Positions 13,138-26,061 of a stretch of DNA of 64,000 bases are shown one piece after another. Under the pieces are notes generated by a model. That model had not been told where the DNA came from, ran no database searches, and worked only from the letters and a program-made list of their open reading frames with translations. This DNA comes from Hyphochytrium catenoides (lineage: Eukaryota; Protista; Hyphochytriomycota): the NCBI GenBank assembly GCA_900088475.1, contig FLMG01004529.1:10985-74984 (forward strand), in the 5' to 3' direction. How positions within the stretch are numbered: position 1 is the stretch's first letter; each line of letters starts with the position of its first letter. Made by a program: the position numbers and the translations under genes.

Positions 13138-13392
13138 GAGCATCTCTAGCAAGCCCGTAGAGGAGCCTAACGGAGAAGGGACGAAGAGAACGTTTCTCCG
13201 AACTTATCGCACAGGCCCTGTGGGCTACGCCAGAGCTACACAGTATCACAGCGTCGCTAATACCATGTACAAGTCATTAATTCCTACATCTACCGCTGCT
13301 GCGACAGCAATTTTGCTTGAGAATGTCATGGTTGACGGACCTATGCCCACTCCAAACAACTCTTTCTTTCCATATTGGTCCCTCCGTCCTAT

Positions 13393-13432
13393 TGGAGTCT
13401 CCACAGCTTATCTGGAGTCTCCACAGCTTATC
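13393..13432. repeat. Perfect 20-bp tandem duplication
   Basis: TGGAGTCTCCACAGCTTATC x2, downstream of the uL3m stop. Confidence 0.9.
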
Positions 13433-13672
13433 TCTTCTTCTTTTCCCAGCACGTATTTTGCTTTCAATGGTCTCTTTACCAGGCATCCTTCTTACAAGTC
13501 TTCATCTGCACGTGATCTAAGGCGCAAGTTATCCTTTACGGGAACATGACGTTATGCGGTGTCTGTCCCTTGTAGAAGCATTAGCTTCAGTGTCAAGTCT
13601 TATGATATCATGCTTCGAATGGTCGGATACATTATAGAATGCTAAAGAACACTCTTGCTCTATCTTCTTTCT

Positions 13673-14412
13673 CTAATCCTCATCAGAAGAATCGCTGGTT
13701 TCTTCGTCCTCCGACATTTCCTCTTCTCTTCTACTATTACCTCGAAGAAGTGCGTTAATCTCTTCATTGACTCGATGCATTTCGGCCGAATCTTCCTCTT
13801 GTTCCTTCTCACTCTTCTTGCCTCTCTCTCCTCTTGCACCTCCCCTAGTATCCATAAAGAAAAGAGCTTGCTCCGCAAGGGGTGCTCCTTCCCCTCGGCT
13901 TCCGGTGCCATTGGTGCTCTGTGAGCTAGTAGAAGCAAGGAAATAGCCCTGCGGAAGAGAGAGAGAAACGGCAGCAGAGAAGAAGGGAAAGAAGTATAAG
14001 TTAATGATGCCGTTCGCTATAGCAAACAAAGCTTTGCAGCCAGAGAGAGAAAGACTGAGAGAAACAGGAACCAGAGCAAAGGGCGAAGAGACCAGACAAA
14101 ACAAGAAAGAGAACGAGCACGTGAGAGCCAAACTAAAGGTGCAAGGGGAAAGAATGGGTTGGCCTACATCAAACAAGGTGTCCAGAGCCTCGTCACTGAA
14201 TAAATCTCTGTTACACAGGCTCTCTGTAGGTCCAGGAGCCTGGCCTTTCCGCACTATGCGCTCCAAAGCCCTGCGCTCCACTCCATAGACAGAACTTTCA
14301 GATCCTGGGGAACCGAATAGGAGAAGAGCGAGATCAAGAGATGAAGCAAGTGAAGAAATACGTAAATCTCCATTGGTCCCTACTTGAAAGAGAGAGATAA
14401 TCAAGGGGAAGA

Positions 14413-14453
<41 letters not shown>

Positions 14454-16228
14454 TTCCTTACCTGCCAGAGATGTGGCGAGCCATTGGTGGAAGGCATTAG
14501 GAAGAGGAATAGTCGCCTTTGCTTTGATGGAGAAAGAGAGAGAGGGGACATCAAACAGCTCACAAAGCGTGAGGAGGCCCCGGATAAGCTTTACATATCT
14601 AAGGGCAAGAGGACAGAGAAGTCAGACGGTAATCATATGACAGCATTTGGGGCTATGAGAAAGGCGAGAGATGAGCTTAAGAAAGGACAAAAGGGTTCCC
14701 TAGAGATAAGGCGATGATGTACCTTGCGGATGATGATGGTGAGCGCTACTGTCTAATCCACTCCATCGCCCATATACTCTCTCCCTCTTCCTTCCTCTCT
14801 CCCCAATTCCTATTTCCTCTCTCTGTCTCTTCTTCCACCACCCGATCTTCCCCTCTCGTGCTCTCGATTGTCTCACCTGCTATAAGTCTTGGTGTCTTCG
14901 CCATTGCCCACCTTCAACCTCGTTAAGCCTTGGCCGACAATGCCCCTCAACATTTCCTCGCAATGGTCTCGAGAGACAACAAGCTGGTTTGCCTGAAGCA
15001 AGCTGCATACTGAGGATACAATGTCTAGCAGAGCCTGAAGAAAGAAAGAAGAAGATGGGGAAGAATGATGAAAAAGAGACGCCAGAGAAATCCAATAGGA
15101 GACGGGCTGCGAAAGAGAGAACGATGCCGCACTCCTGCTCCTCTCTTCCTTCTCTGGGGTCTCGTCCTCATCATCTTCGTCAGAAGAAGATGACGAAGAC
15201 GAGTCACTTCTAGCTTGATCCCTTTCTGCTCTGCGTAGAGAGAGAAGGAGGATGTGCACTACAGTGCATTCTGCTAGCAATTGCGATAGCCCTTCCATCA
15301 CCGCTTCCACGGTTTCTCTCTCTTTTGCCGCTGTTCTCTCTTTCTCTCTCACGGGGTCAAAAAGAGAGTCATGCTGAAGCATAGCTCTCACCCTCACATC
15401 ACTACTTCTGTACAAGGATTGAGAGAAGAAAGGATGGCGCCAGCAGAGAAAGAGGAGGCTCCGCCCAACGCTGAGTGTCTCTCGGAGTTCTCTTGCGAGG
15501 TCTTTCGTCTCTCCCTCTGGATGACTTACAAAGTAGTCCACCATCTGGTGGGTGAGGGAAGAGAGAGATGACACTACGGATCGGAATTGTCCGAGGCCAT
15601 ACAGAGAGGATGTAGAAGAGAGAGGGAGAGAGAACAAGCTCTCTCTCACTGCTTCTACCTGTTTGAGAAGAGAGCGCATCTCTCCTTCGCCTTTGAACCC
15701 TTTTGCATTGTTGATATAGAGCAATCTCACCTCTGCAGGACAGAAAGAGGTTCTGGCAAGAGACTCCAGATAGTCTCCTCTCTCTTCCAAGACCTGGGTG
15801 GCCGCCCCAAACGACGCCTTTGTACACAGATTGAAGTCCGGAGAAAAAGGAGCTTTGTCTCTTCCTTTCTTGCTCTTTTCCTGGGCTGATGCGGAAGAAA
15901 GAAAGGCATCTCTTGCCTCACCTATTAGCTGCTTTAGCGTTTCCTGGTGCTGAGAAAGATTCCTTCTCAAACCGCCTTTGAGCTCCGAGTTCGGAAGAGA
16001 GGCGATGGCTGTCTCAAGTCTTTCAAAGAGAAACTCCTCATCCTGGCTGAGCTTTGACTCGAAGCGCTCAGCGGTGCATTGTTCTATTATTTTCTCTCCG
16101 AGCTTTCTGATAAACTTCAGTTCTCTCTTTTGATCTTTGCTGAGCTGTGAAGCAGGCGGCTTGGGCCGTTTGTCCTGCTCCTTCCCAGCATCTTGGTGCT
16201 TTCTCTTTCTGCTCCGGGCCACGGGCAT
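13673..16228 (-). CDS. Hypothetical alpha-helical, probably nuclear protein
   Basis: A first exon of ~450 codons begins MPVARSRKRKH (NLS-like). Phase-compatible short exons follow (...KTYSR|YVKLIRGLLTL|SKATIPLPNAFHQWLATSLA|GSESSVYGVERRALER...DTLFD|GYFL...), ending LFFMDTRG...acidic tail SDSSDED*. No family recognised. Confidence 0.75.
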
Positions 16229-16858
16229 CGGTCCTACTTGGTTCACTCTGATCTTTCTGCCACCAAGCGATATGACAGTGGGCGGAGAGCCTCTTCACGC
16301 CTCGCTATAGCAGAGATCAGTTCAAAGGCCGCAGCGATTAGAGCCCGAGAAGGTGGTGAAGGCCGTTCGTAAGGTGGGCTAACCAAGGTCTTGAGAGCTT
16401 TGCCTTGTGACTACGGAAGCTCGACCGGCAGCAGTCAGATGATGGGCGATGAGGAAGCAGAAGAAGATTTGATAAAACGCAAAGGGAGAGAGAGAGAGAG
16501 AGGACAACGCGAGATAGGAAGACCGCAGGACGAAGGGAGAGAGTACAACTGTACGAGAGCAAGAACCGCACGACACAGTGAGAGGAGGAGAAAGAGAGAA
16601 AACTCTTTTATAAGAGGGAAAGGCAAGACAGAAAGACAGGATATAAGAGGGAGCGAGAGAAAGAGGAGGAGCGACCGAGAAACGCGAAAAAGAGAGCGAG
16701 CGAGCGCGCGTGAGGGAGAGAGAGTGAGAGAGAGAGAAGAGGGCGCGCGCGCGCGAGAGAGAGAGAGAGAAAGAGAAAGCGAGAGAGAGAGAGGGAGCAG
16801 AGAGGGAAAGAGAGAGAGAGAGANNNNNNNNNNNNNNNNNNNNNNNNNNNNNNNNNNN

Positions 16859-16891
<33 letters not shown>

Positions 16892-17349
16892 GGGGAAGAT
16901 CAGAATGGTGATGAGGAGCCATCACCAACCAACATCTCGAACCGTCATATTCATCTCTAATCGTACATTTACATGATTGAAAATGTTGCTTCTTACTATT
17001 TCGACACGCTGTACGCCATTGGGCAGTACGAGCAACAACGACGACGAACATTCGGGAGAGATTTGTCTGGAAGCTTCAAGTAGAGGCGCAGACAGAGATT
17101 TATTGGAGCTTCACCTGCTGATGAGTCATCCGGCTGAGGGTTAATGCAGTGCTGTCAAAGCCTCTGCCCTGTCCTGCGAGCTTTTGTTGACTATGTAAAG
17201 TTAGCAGCCGCCCCTGACATTCAGCCAACGTCCCATGAGACTTGGGTTGGTCATAGTGGCACTTATGAAACGTACCATTTACTACTTGTCGAGGTCATCG
17301 GAGAGCTCCATCGAGAAGGAATTGTTTTTGTCTTGAGCGCCTAGCTCAA

Positions 17350-17861
17350 TAGAAGCAAGAGATCGCCGCTACTCTGGTACCCTAATCCGAGCGCTCAGGG
17401 GTTTCACTCACTCCCCGGAGCGGGAGTCAGAACTCATTATGGACATCCCTGTATGGCACCCTGCCAATGTGGGCATAGCAGGAGCTACCTCGACTGACCC
17501 CAATAGTAAGGAGCCTAGGTAAAGAGATTCTCTTGCCAGTACTGCTGCCAATACCTCCATCTTTCCCTTGACTGAGGCATTCCTCTTGATTTTTCCCTTC
17601 TACCCAGGACGGAGTTCCTTGTGATGCCCGGCTCCGGAATCGATCCTGATGTAGGAGGGGAGGACCTTATTGATGAACTGCAAGGGAGCTCTGTCCCAGG
17701 GTTTGCTGATCCGCGGGGCTTGTATGACACCTCAGACAGGTAGGAAGAGAGTAGCGCTCGCCCGCGGGAGGTCGCTCTAGAAGTGTAAGGACGACCCTGA
17801 AGAGGTCTCTCGAGAAAGAACTGAGTGAGATAGTGGAGGCATGTCTCGTATACGGGATTGG
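17350..17861 (+). CDS. Probable internal exons of an unidentified gene (possibly the 5' part of the following FAM192A-like gene)
   Basis: ...HSPERESELIMDIPVWHPANVGIAGATSTDPNSKEPR| joins in phase over a gtaaag...cccag intron to TEFLVMPGSG...ADPRGLYDTSDR. Start and end are unresolved. Confidence 0.3.
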
Positions 17862-18020
17862 TAAGGGGACGAGAACGCCACAGAAATAAAGAGAGAAAGA
17901 AAGTAGATATATTTCCTTGGCAATGAGGAAGCACTGAAGAGGTAACTGATCTCTGGCAGTTGATTGAGGGCGACCGAGTAAGAGAGGAGAGAGAGAGAGA
18001 GTGAGAGAGAGAGAGAGAGA

Positions 18021-18603
18021 GAATATCAGCAAAAGTAAGTCTATAGCAGAGAAGAGAGTTACCCAACCTCCGTCTCATACTTCGCCCAGGCTGTATATGA
18101 AGGAACAGACTTACGCTCTAAAGCTGAAGGAAGAAGCTCAAAGAAAAGAGGATGAGAAAGGTAGGATCCTCCTTCGCTATCGCTCCTGAATAGCCCTGCC
18201 CTTCTCTCTTCAGCCTCTATGCCTTAAGCAGCTATACTCCTCTTCGAGGCTCCGTATATTCCTTACTCACCCCCTTCTTTCTCTCTCTCTCTCGTTAGCT
18301 CTCAGCGCTTTCTATTCGGCCGCTGCCACCGCACGCTTGCAGCAGCAACAAGTTCTTCCTCCTCAAACCCCTCGCCTCACAGGATCTTCAGAAGAAAGCA
18401 ACAGAGAGAAGCCCTTAGTGGCGGTTAAGGTGAAGAAGGATGTCATTAAAGAGACAGCAGTAGTTGTGAAGAAGAAGAAAGAGAAGAAGAAGAAGGGAGG
18501 AGGAGAAAAAAATAGCGCCAAAGTTTCGGCTCTAGCGAGCAGTTTAGTTAGCTATAGTGACGCAGAGCACAGTCATGAAGAGGGAGAGACGGCTCCAAGC
18601 TGA
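18021..18603 (+). CDS. FAM192A/NIP30 (PSME3IP1/Fyv6)-like protein, C-terminal exons
   Basis: Joined exons read EYQQKLYMKEQTYALKLKEEAQRKEDEKALSAFYSAAATAR...KKKKEKKKK...ASSLVSYSDAE. This resembles the NIP30-family helix and the LVSYSD tail. The 5' end is obscured by a GA run. Confidence 0.45.
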
Positions 18604-18911
18604 ATGAAGCTTCGTTGGCCCTACATCTGCTTCAGCACCTCACTGCCTTTTTACTTCTCCCTGGGCCTCTATTTAACCTTAGCTCCTTCTTCTGATGGGA
18701 CAGGACATGGAGATGACAGGGGCAAGTTCTTTTCTTTCCTTCATCCGCAACCCCCGTGTCTCTTCCATGTTCTTGACGGCAGGAGTCAAGCTATTTTGAG
18801 CGCAATTATCGCTCTGGCAGTCAGCTAGAGAAGCGTCTTTTGGCTGCTCTCCACTCCTCGGTCATGTTGCAACCTGTCCGTCCTTACTCTCTATCATGGG
18901 TTGTCTCTTCA

Positions 18912-21900
18912 TCATGAGGTCAACCTAACTGCTAGAGTAGCCGAGTGACAAAGCCCGAGCTCCTCGAGAGAACTGGAGTGGCTATGGCCGTACACCTAGA
19001 TGTTGGAGGGGATTGTTGGAGAGAGGATTATGGAGTGAGTGGCTGGCTGCACGTATATTTATAGGGTAGGGCATGATAGGCAGCCCAAGCTGATCGCATG
19101 GCTCAGCGGGTGGCAGAGAGGGGAGATTAGGTCTTTGTTGGGGCTCACCTGGTACGGAGGAGCGACACTGCGTAACTCATAGTCTGTCGGATGCAGCTGC
19201 CTTCAAGACCCAGCCAAGAGGTAAGGGAAAGAGTCAAACACAAGGGTTCGGGACGATGGAGAGAGTATTAGCCGATCATTATCCTACCACTCCTTCCCAA
19301 TAGCCGCGCGCACCGCTTCAATACTTTGGTTAGGAGATAGTCTGAGCTTCAGCGTTCTGGATCCATCGGCAGAGCGTATCTTTCGGAAATCAAGAACGGC
19401 GATCTTAGGATGGCCTGAACTCTAGTTCTTAGTTCTCCTGCGTGGCGCCATACCTGAAGAGTTATTAATCTGACCGAACTATCTGCTTGTTCTGTCTCCA
19501 AAGATGAAGCTATATCAATGACTGGCGGCATATTAGATTGGTAAGGAGAGAACAAGACTCTTAGAACCGATTGCCTCTTTTCAACAGTGGGGGCTACACA
19601 TGAGAAGTCCACTAACCTGGAAGAGGTACAGCAGGTCCAGGCTGATAGGAGGATAGCGGAATGGCGATTTAGTGACGAAGAGAGACAGCGAGTGAGGGAG
19701 AGGAAGGCTAAGTGAGGCGTCAAGACACGCATTCGCTTCCTTACTCTGATCCTCTTCTCTATCTCCTCCCTGACGGGGACAACGTTTCCATTCCGGATGA
19801 CGACCGGTGGGAGCTTCTCTAGAAGCGATGTGGCAGACAAAGGTATCTGTGCCGCGTCGACTGAGTGAGATGAAGCATGCAAAGAAAGGAAAGAAGCTAA
19901 AGGAGAACTAAAGGAGCTGCAAGCCAACGCAAGGGAGGGGTGTTAAGCTTTTGACAAGGGTGTCGCAGTCCCTACCCTTGGATCAGATCGCTCAAGGACT
20001 GTCTCCACCTTACGAGACACAGTTGTGCAGAGAAGGAGAGAGAGAAAAGTGGGTTAGAATGATTGAGAAAGCAAGATGGCTGCCTCCAGCTTTACCCCAT
20101 ATCTCTCTCTTCACCTCACAATCTCCTCTTCCAGCCTTTCTCTGCTAGTTCTATTTGTCAATCATCTTGCGCCACAGTGTGTTCGATGGTATGCCGCTGA
20201 CGGCTGGCACTCAGAGAAATTTTTGCCTTTGTCTGTCTCTCTCCATTCCCTCTCTCTCTCTCTCTCTCTCTTTTATTCTCTTCCTCCTGTCTTGTCCCCT
20301 GTGCGGCTCACTGCTTACCTTCCTGTCTCCGGAAAGAGAATCAGAGCTCTGAATGTCCCTTCGATCAAGGATGTCGAAGTAGACCTGCACCAAGAGGAGC
20401 AGGAGGGCAACAACAAGTTAGAGTGGGCCGAAGAAGGATCCCAAGCAGCGGTAAACACACAGTTTCGGTAAAGAAGGCAGACTCCTATCGAGGTCAAGAA
20501 GGACCGGGAGCAGTGCGGACTTACAGGAAGGAACAAGGTCTTAGAGGATATCTCCAAGGAAAGACGAAGAAGAAACTTGGAAAAAAGAGCTTATAAGAAG
20601 CTTATGGCTCGTGCTTTCTATTAGCTATGTTGAGAAGCTATCCAAGGAGACAGCAAGTCAGAAGAGAGGCGTGTGAGTGAGAGAGACATTGCTTGAGAAA
20701 GGGAGAGCTAGCTAGGATGACAGCCCCCGCCCCGCCTGTGGAGACATATTCCAAGAGCCTAGGTCGTCAGGGAGAATTAAAGCGCAAGGAAGAGAGAGAA
20801 TTTGAGCCTTACTCCGTCCGGAAACTCCTCCTTGAACTCCAGAGGAAAATAGCCATCGAGAACATCCTACCGTCCAGAAAAAGACGCAGAGAGCAGAGAC
20901 AGAATGCATTGTCCTGCCTAAGACAGACGGCACACGGAGGCCCTCAGGCTGCATAAGAACGGATGATCCCCCACCTTGATAAACGCCTGAGCGGTGGGCG
21001 ATAGATAAGGCCTGCTGGCCCAGAGAAGATATGAGCATCTGGTCCGCTTTGTAAGCACCTGTTCCTTTCCTTCTTTGGCCTCTGAGCTCCCTAACTTTTC
21101 TCCCCCTTTGTTCAAGTGCTGCATGTGCACGCTCACCCTTATCTCTCAGCTCTCTCGCTTTTGTTCTACTTCCTCTATCTCATCTGACTAACCTTCCCTT
21201 CCTCTTACCTGAGCGGCCCTCTTTTTATCATAAGACCATCCGCAAATATGGTCACAGGCATTCGAGGAGGAGAGCGCAAGCGGAGGACCTTGGACTGCGG
21301 ACTCTCAGGAACAAACTACAAGCAGTTTGTCAAAACCCTTACACTGTTACGCGGCATTGGCTTCCCTCTGTTCTCCCTGCTGATTTCTGAGTGGTCTCAA
21401 CAAAGCCTCATCAAGTCTGAGCACTTCTAAACCTCTAATGACGTCTCCTGGGGCTATCGTCCCTTCTATTTTCCGCCCTCTCTCGTTTGCAATCTGTCCC
21501 CGTCTTTGCTGCTTTCACCTTACAGCTCCTGTCGGTTGAGGTATCGCCGTCATGTGCAGCTTTCTCTCCCCCTCTCTCTCTCGATACACCCATTCCTTCT
21601 CACTCTACCCATTTTCTTCTCACCCTATCGCTGTTGGAATCTGTCGTAAGAGCGACGCCACTAAGACTCTCTAGGGCTCGGATCAAGGCGTCAATATCAT
21701 GCTCCTCCTGCGCCTGCCAGTGTAAGATAGGTGACGCCATGAGAAAGAGAAGAACTGAAAGGGAAACAAATAATTGGAAGGAGCGATAGGTCAAACAAAA
21801 AATAGAGCGGCAGGCAATGAAAGAGAGCAAGTTGATTAAAGAGAAACCTGTGAGAGAAAGATGAGCACCTCAGACGACTGATGGGTTTCAAGAAGGAAGG

Positions 21901-23924
21901 TGATGAGGCTGAAGGAAGCAGGCTCGGGCAACAGCGAAGAAGTGGCTGACATTTCTTGTTTGTTCACTTGTGCTTTCCCCAGTGCTCACACCCGTCGATC
22001 TCTCCAATTCTCTCTCATTCTTCTGTGGAGAACCAACCCAGACCAGTCCATAATCAGCCAGAAAAGTCGTCATATCTTGGAGCTTGGGCAAACAGCACGT
22101 CAGGCGGACGACATAGCAAAGAGATAGAGAAGAAGGTCAGGATAATACTAAATGACTAGCAAAACTGAAAGAGACAGGAAAAGATTTTGGGGGAAGAGAA
22201 AATAGGCAGCGGAAAGCGATAGAGGAGCGAGAGACAGAGAGCGAAAGAGAGAGAGAGAGAAAGCTAGGAGAGAGAGAGAAAGCTAGGAGAGAGAGAGGGA
22301 AAGCTAGGGGAGAGAGAGAAAGCTGGGAGAGAGAGAAAGGGAGAGAAGGAGAGAGAGAAAGGGAGAGAAGGAAGAGAAGAGACCAGACCTCGGGGTGCTA
22401 CTGGGGATGACAAGAGAAGAGGCAAGAAAGGAGCCATAACAACCGACAACAGGATCAGCATGACTCTCACCTGACGTCTTAGTCGAATATTCTGGTAGAG
22501 GAGATCTTCGGAACTTGGCTGCTGACGCCGAAAGGCGGGATGAGACATTGACAGAGTAGCAAAACAAAAGAACTTGAAGATTTATGGACAGGAGAGGCTG
22601 AAGGGAGAGACCTCAAACCGCGTGGAAGGAGAGAGGGAAGTGCAAGGACAGGAGTAGACAGAGAGCAACATTGTTGGAGAGAGAAAGAGAGTTTGCGAGA
22701 GAGACGGGAGACATCCAGAGATAGATATAGAGCGAGAGAGCGAGACTTTCCGCGACGGTCATACATAGAGAGAGCGAGAGAGACAATATAATGGAGCTAT
22801 GGATTGGGGAGATGTCTATCCAACGATAGCGCCTGACCAAATTGTGGACATAATTGACGGAAGGTCACTTCTCTAACCTTCCCATCCTCTGTCCGTGCAG
22901 TCATGTCCGCTGCTCTAGGAAAACTATCTGCAGTCAAAAGAGGACTCGCTCGCTGCTCCAGCTGTAGATGGAGAGCTTGGATCTCTTTGTCCTTCTCCTG
23001 GATGGCATGTTCTAGAGCCTTGTTCCTTTCTTCTGTCTCCCTCAAGCGCCTTGTCATCAAGGTGAGGAGCGAGTCGGACGAGGGAGAAGCAGAGAAGAGA
23101 GAGGAAGATGTAGGAGAGTTTCTAAGAAAGTCCTCCACCGTGAACGTGCTTCGATCTATGCATCGTAAGGAACAAGAGGAGAGGGACAAAGGAAGTCAGA
23201 GGAGACCAAATAGTAGAGCCAGAACTCTTCGCACGGGAGAAGCACACCAATAGAGAGAGATAGAAGAGAGAGGGAGGACGAGCGAGAGGTTTACAGAAGC
23301 AGTGTCGGCAGTTAGAAAGAAGACGAAAAGAGAGAGACACAGACAGAACGACAAACAGAGAGCGAGAAAGCAGATAGAGAGGAGGACGAAGGAGATGCAA
23401 GGCAAGAAGCGAAACTGAGCGTAAGAGATGGTGGTAAGAAATGGCAACGATCACTTTGTGGGGCAAGAAGATCCTTACAGGCTGCTGGTCCTATGCCGGA
23501 GGAGGGAAACTAAATGGAAAAGGGACAACAGAGTGTGCGGCAAAGAAGAAGTCAGAAGAAAGGACGCACGCTGTAAAGCAAGAACAAAGAGGATAACGAG
23601 GTGTGCCATGCAGCAACAGGGAAATAGAGAGACAGAGGGGGGAGAAGAGAGAGAAGGGAAGAGGACACGACCGGAGACATACGAGCGTCTTAGTGCTTGC
23701 TAGAATGCACTGACCTGACGCTTGAACAGTTCTCTTTCTTCCTCATGAGCGTCGCCCAGCCGAGGAGCAGAGGAAGGAAGCGATAAGCTTTGAGCTGCGG
23801 ACCGAAGCGTATCTTCTCCATTTACCGTTTGTGCATTTCTGACGCCTGTCTCAGATGCTATGGAAGCATCAGGGATATCCTTCGAAGGAGCAGTATCACG
23901 ATCTTTATCCTTAGGCTCATCCAT
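18912..23924 (-). CDS. UBXN11: UBX domain protein 11 (Socius)-like p97 adaptor: coiled coil + SEP + UBX
   Basis: About 15 exons. Diagnostic segments: LMTRRLRETEE, LRRQLQDMTTFLADYGLVWVG, SEP domain PVTIFADGLMIKRGPLRPYLSPTAQAFIKDVLDGYFPLEFKEEFPDGVYFDILDRR, LLEKLPPVVIRNGNVVPVREEI, UBX domain TLQIRSADGSRTLKLRL...YELRSVAPP...SLEELGLCHSATL. The first exon (MDEPKD, 23924) is less certain. Confidence 0.88.
22259..22345. repeat. Intronic composite minisatellite AAAGCT(A/G)GG(AG)n, ~4 copies
   Basis: Direct repetition visible inside a UBXN11 intron. Confidence 0.75.
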
Positions 23925-24874
23925 CTTTTTTCGTCTCTGTCCTTGTTCTCTATTGCCTGTCGTTGCGTCTATTCTATCATCCTTTTATATGATCGAGGAG
24001 GGGTAACCTCGGCAGATCGTCTGACAGTGATAATCTGTGTGATCAGTCATGCCTCAGAACATCGTTGGTTCTTCCTCAACCTTCGGAGGCATGCTTATCT
24101 CCTCTTGAGAACTGCGGACGCTCTACAAACACGCCTTGCTTAGGCTCTTCTGCCATCGTCTCGAGCTTCTCCGCGAAACTCTATCGCCATTATCCTCAGC
24201 ACTCAATATCCCTTCTCTAGCTCCTTCTCTCCTCTCTCCTCACGACGGAGCTGGATCCAGCGAGAAGAGGAAGAGAGAGAGGAANNNNNNNNNNNNNNNN
24301 NNNNNNNNNNNNNNNNNNNNNNNNNNNNNNNNNNNNNNNNNNACAGAGAGAGAGAGAGGGAGAGTATAAGAGAGAGAGAGAGAAAGAGAGAGAGACCAGC
24401 CACGATGGATGATGATGGTGAGACGGGGAAATCTCTCTTTAACTCTTTTGAACGTCATTTTACTCCTCTGACCTTTCGCTCTCAGAACCCGGCAGGAAGA
24501 TCCAGTGAAAGTTTCACAGAATCTTCACAGTGCGAATTGACAGCATTATTTACCTTGCACATTCCATTTTTCACATCGTCAATTTTCAAGTCTAATAACA
24601 ACCTGAACCTCGGAGGTGCCTACGAGTATAAGTAGTTCAGTGCCATGGGGTTATTTGACATGGGGAAGCGAGGACCAGCGTAATACTCCCTAGTAACTAA
24701 ACCAGGGGATTGCAAATTGGCAATTGTGAATTATACTCCACGTAAGAGGAAACAAGATTCAAAATTTCCCGCCAACTACGCTTCCCCAAGTTTCACAGTT
24801 TTCTTTCTTTTGGAGGCATCATAAAGCTTCATCCAGCCGCCGTGAGAGATCGCGCTCTCAGTCTCGTTGCGGCC

Positions 24875-25558
24875 ATGTGCGCTTCAGCCCGCCCCACAAT
24901 GCCTTCGCACGAGTACTGGTGGGAAGACCCCCAGAACGTCCTCCTTGGAGGAAAGCTTAGGCGTCCGCGACTGCAGGCGTTACACTCTGGCAAGCTCTGG
25001 CGCTGTGAGGTGACGTTCTATTCTAAAGCGGGCATCAAAGGTGAGCGAAGGTATAGCTCAACGCATCACTCAAGGGAAGAGGCGGCTGTAGCTATGGACA
25101 GTTTCTTGGAGTCTTTCAACTCTCCTAGAAGGCTACCCTTGGGCATAGCCAGAGATTCGATCCCTCCTCGTCCGTCTTTGAGGGAAACAGCAACCAAACG
25201 CAGGAAGATGGCTGATGTCACAGGCGCGGCGACTTCGGCTGTCTTTGCAACGAAGCCGACAGCATCTGACCTGGGTGCCTACGAAAGAGTGAAAAGAGAG
25301 CTAAGGTGGCCTCGATTGACATTGCTACATTGGCAGACCCATAAGGACTTAAAGCACGTACGGAAGCTGGAAAATATTCCCAGAAGTGTAAGGCTACGGC
25401 TCCATTGTGAGTTCGGAGAAGGAGACTCGACGCTGGCGGCGTTGAGCAGAGTCGATTCTGATCTTGCTGCGCTGCCTGATGTTGAAGGCGGCAGACCATC
25501 TGATGCGACTAATAACGGGCAGAAGACGCTGCTACTATGCACAAAGCCGAAGAATTGA
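24875..25558 (+). CDS. Intronless ORF with an AP2/integrase-arm-like DNA-binding motif, probably mobile-element derived, with a decayed 3' continuation to ~25980
   Basis: GKLWRCEVTFYSKAGIKGERRYSSTHHSREEAAVAMDSFL fits the three-strand-plus-helix pattern WR..V...G.RRY..T..S.EEAA.A.D. There are no introns or microsatellites, unlike neighbouring genes. Downstream frames are broken by stops. Confidence 0.5.
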   Translation: MCASARPTMPSHEYWWEDPQNVLLGGKLRRPRLQALHSGKLWRCEVTFYSKAGIKGERRYSSTHHSREEAAVAMDSFLESFNSPRRLPLGIARDSIPPRPSLRETATKRRKMADVTGAATSAVFATKPTASDLGAYERVKRELRWPRLTLLHWQTHKDLKHVRKLENIPRSVRLRLHCEFGEGDSTLAALSRVDSDLAALPDVEGGRPSDATNNGQKTLLLCTKPKN

Positions 25559-26061
25559 GCAACCGCGCGAGAAGTGGCAAGCCTACCAACTTCTTAACAG
25601 CGAGGAAACATAGGATGAGGAGGAAGAAGAGATGAGAAGCGGTATTGCTTTAGATACGGACGACTTTCAAGCCCCTCCCTCTGGAGATGATAACTTGAGT
25701 AAGAAAGGTGAGCGCCTCTCTAGGAGGAGAGTTCTTCCTTCCGACGGCCGCCGTCAGTCAGTCCCACTACTCAGCTACTACAGCGGGTCATTGTCCAAGC
25801 AACGCTGGTGCCCCAACCAACTACTAGGGAAAACAACGCCACTAGGGACTTTGAACGCGCCATGAAGGTGTTTGACGAGGGCCTGCAGGATCTACTGCGG
25901 CTTCTTGTTGACCATCTAGAGGTAACTGAATCAAGAAGTAAAACCGAGAGCGGGCTCCTCGCTCAGCGCAAGTTTTAGGGCCTTATATGGGTAGGGTACC
26001 TCTTGAAATCAATTCTCCCAAATAAGAAGGAGGGTTTGATGGGCGGTGTGCCGCTAGCTGT

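Noticed and set aside
13124-13549. 141-aa ORF overlapping the uL3m stop
   Set aside because: It begins at a non-ATG codon, has no recognisable motif and contains a 20-bp duplication; probably 3' UTR or intergenic sequence.
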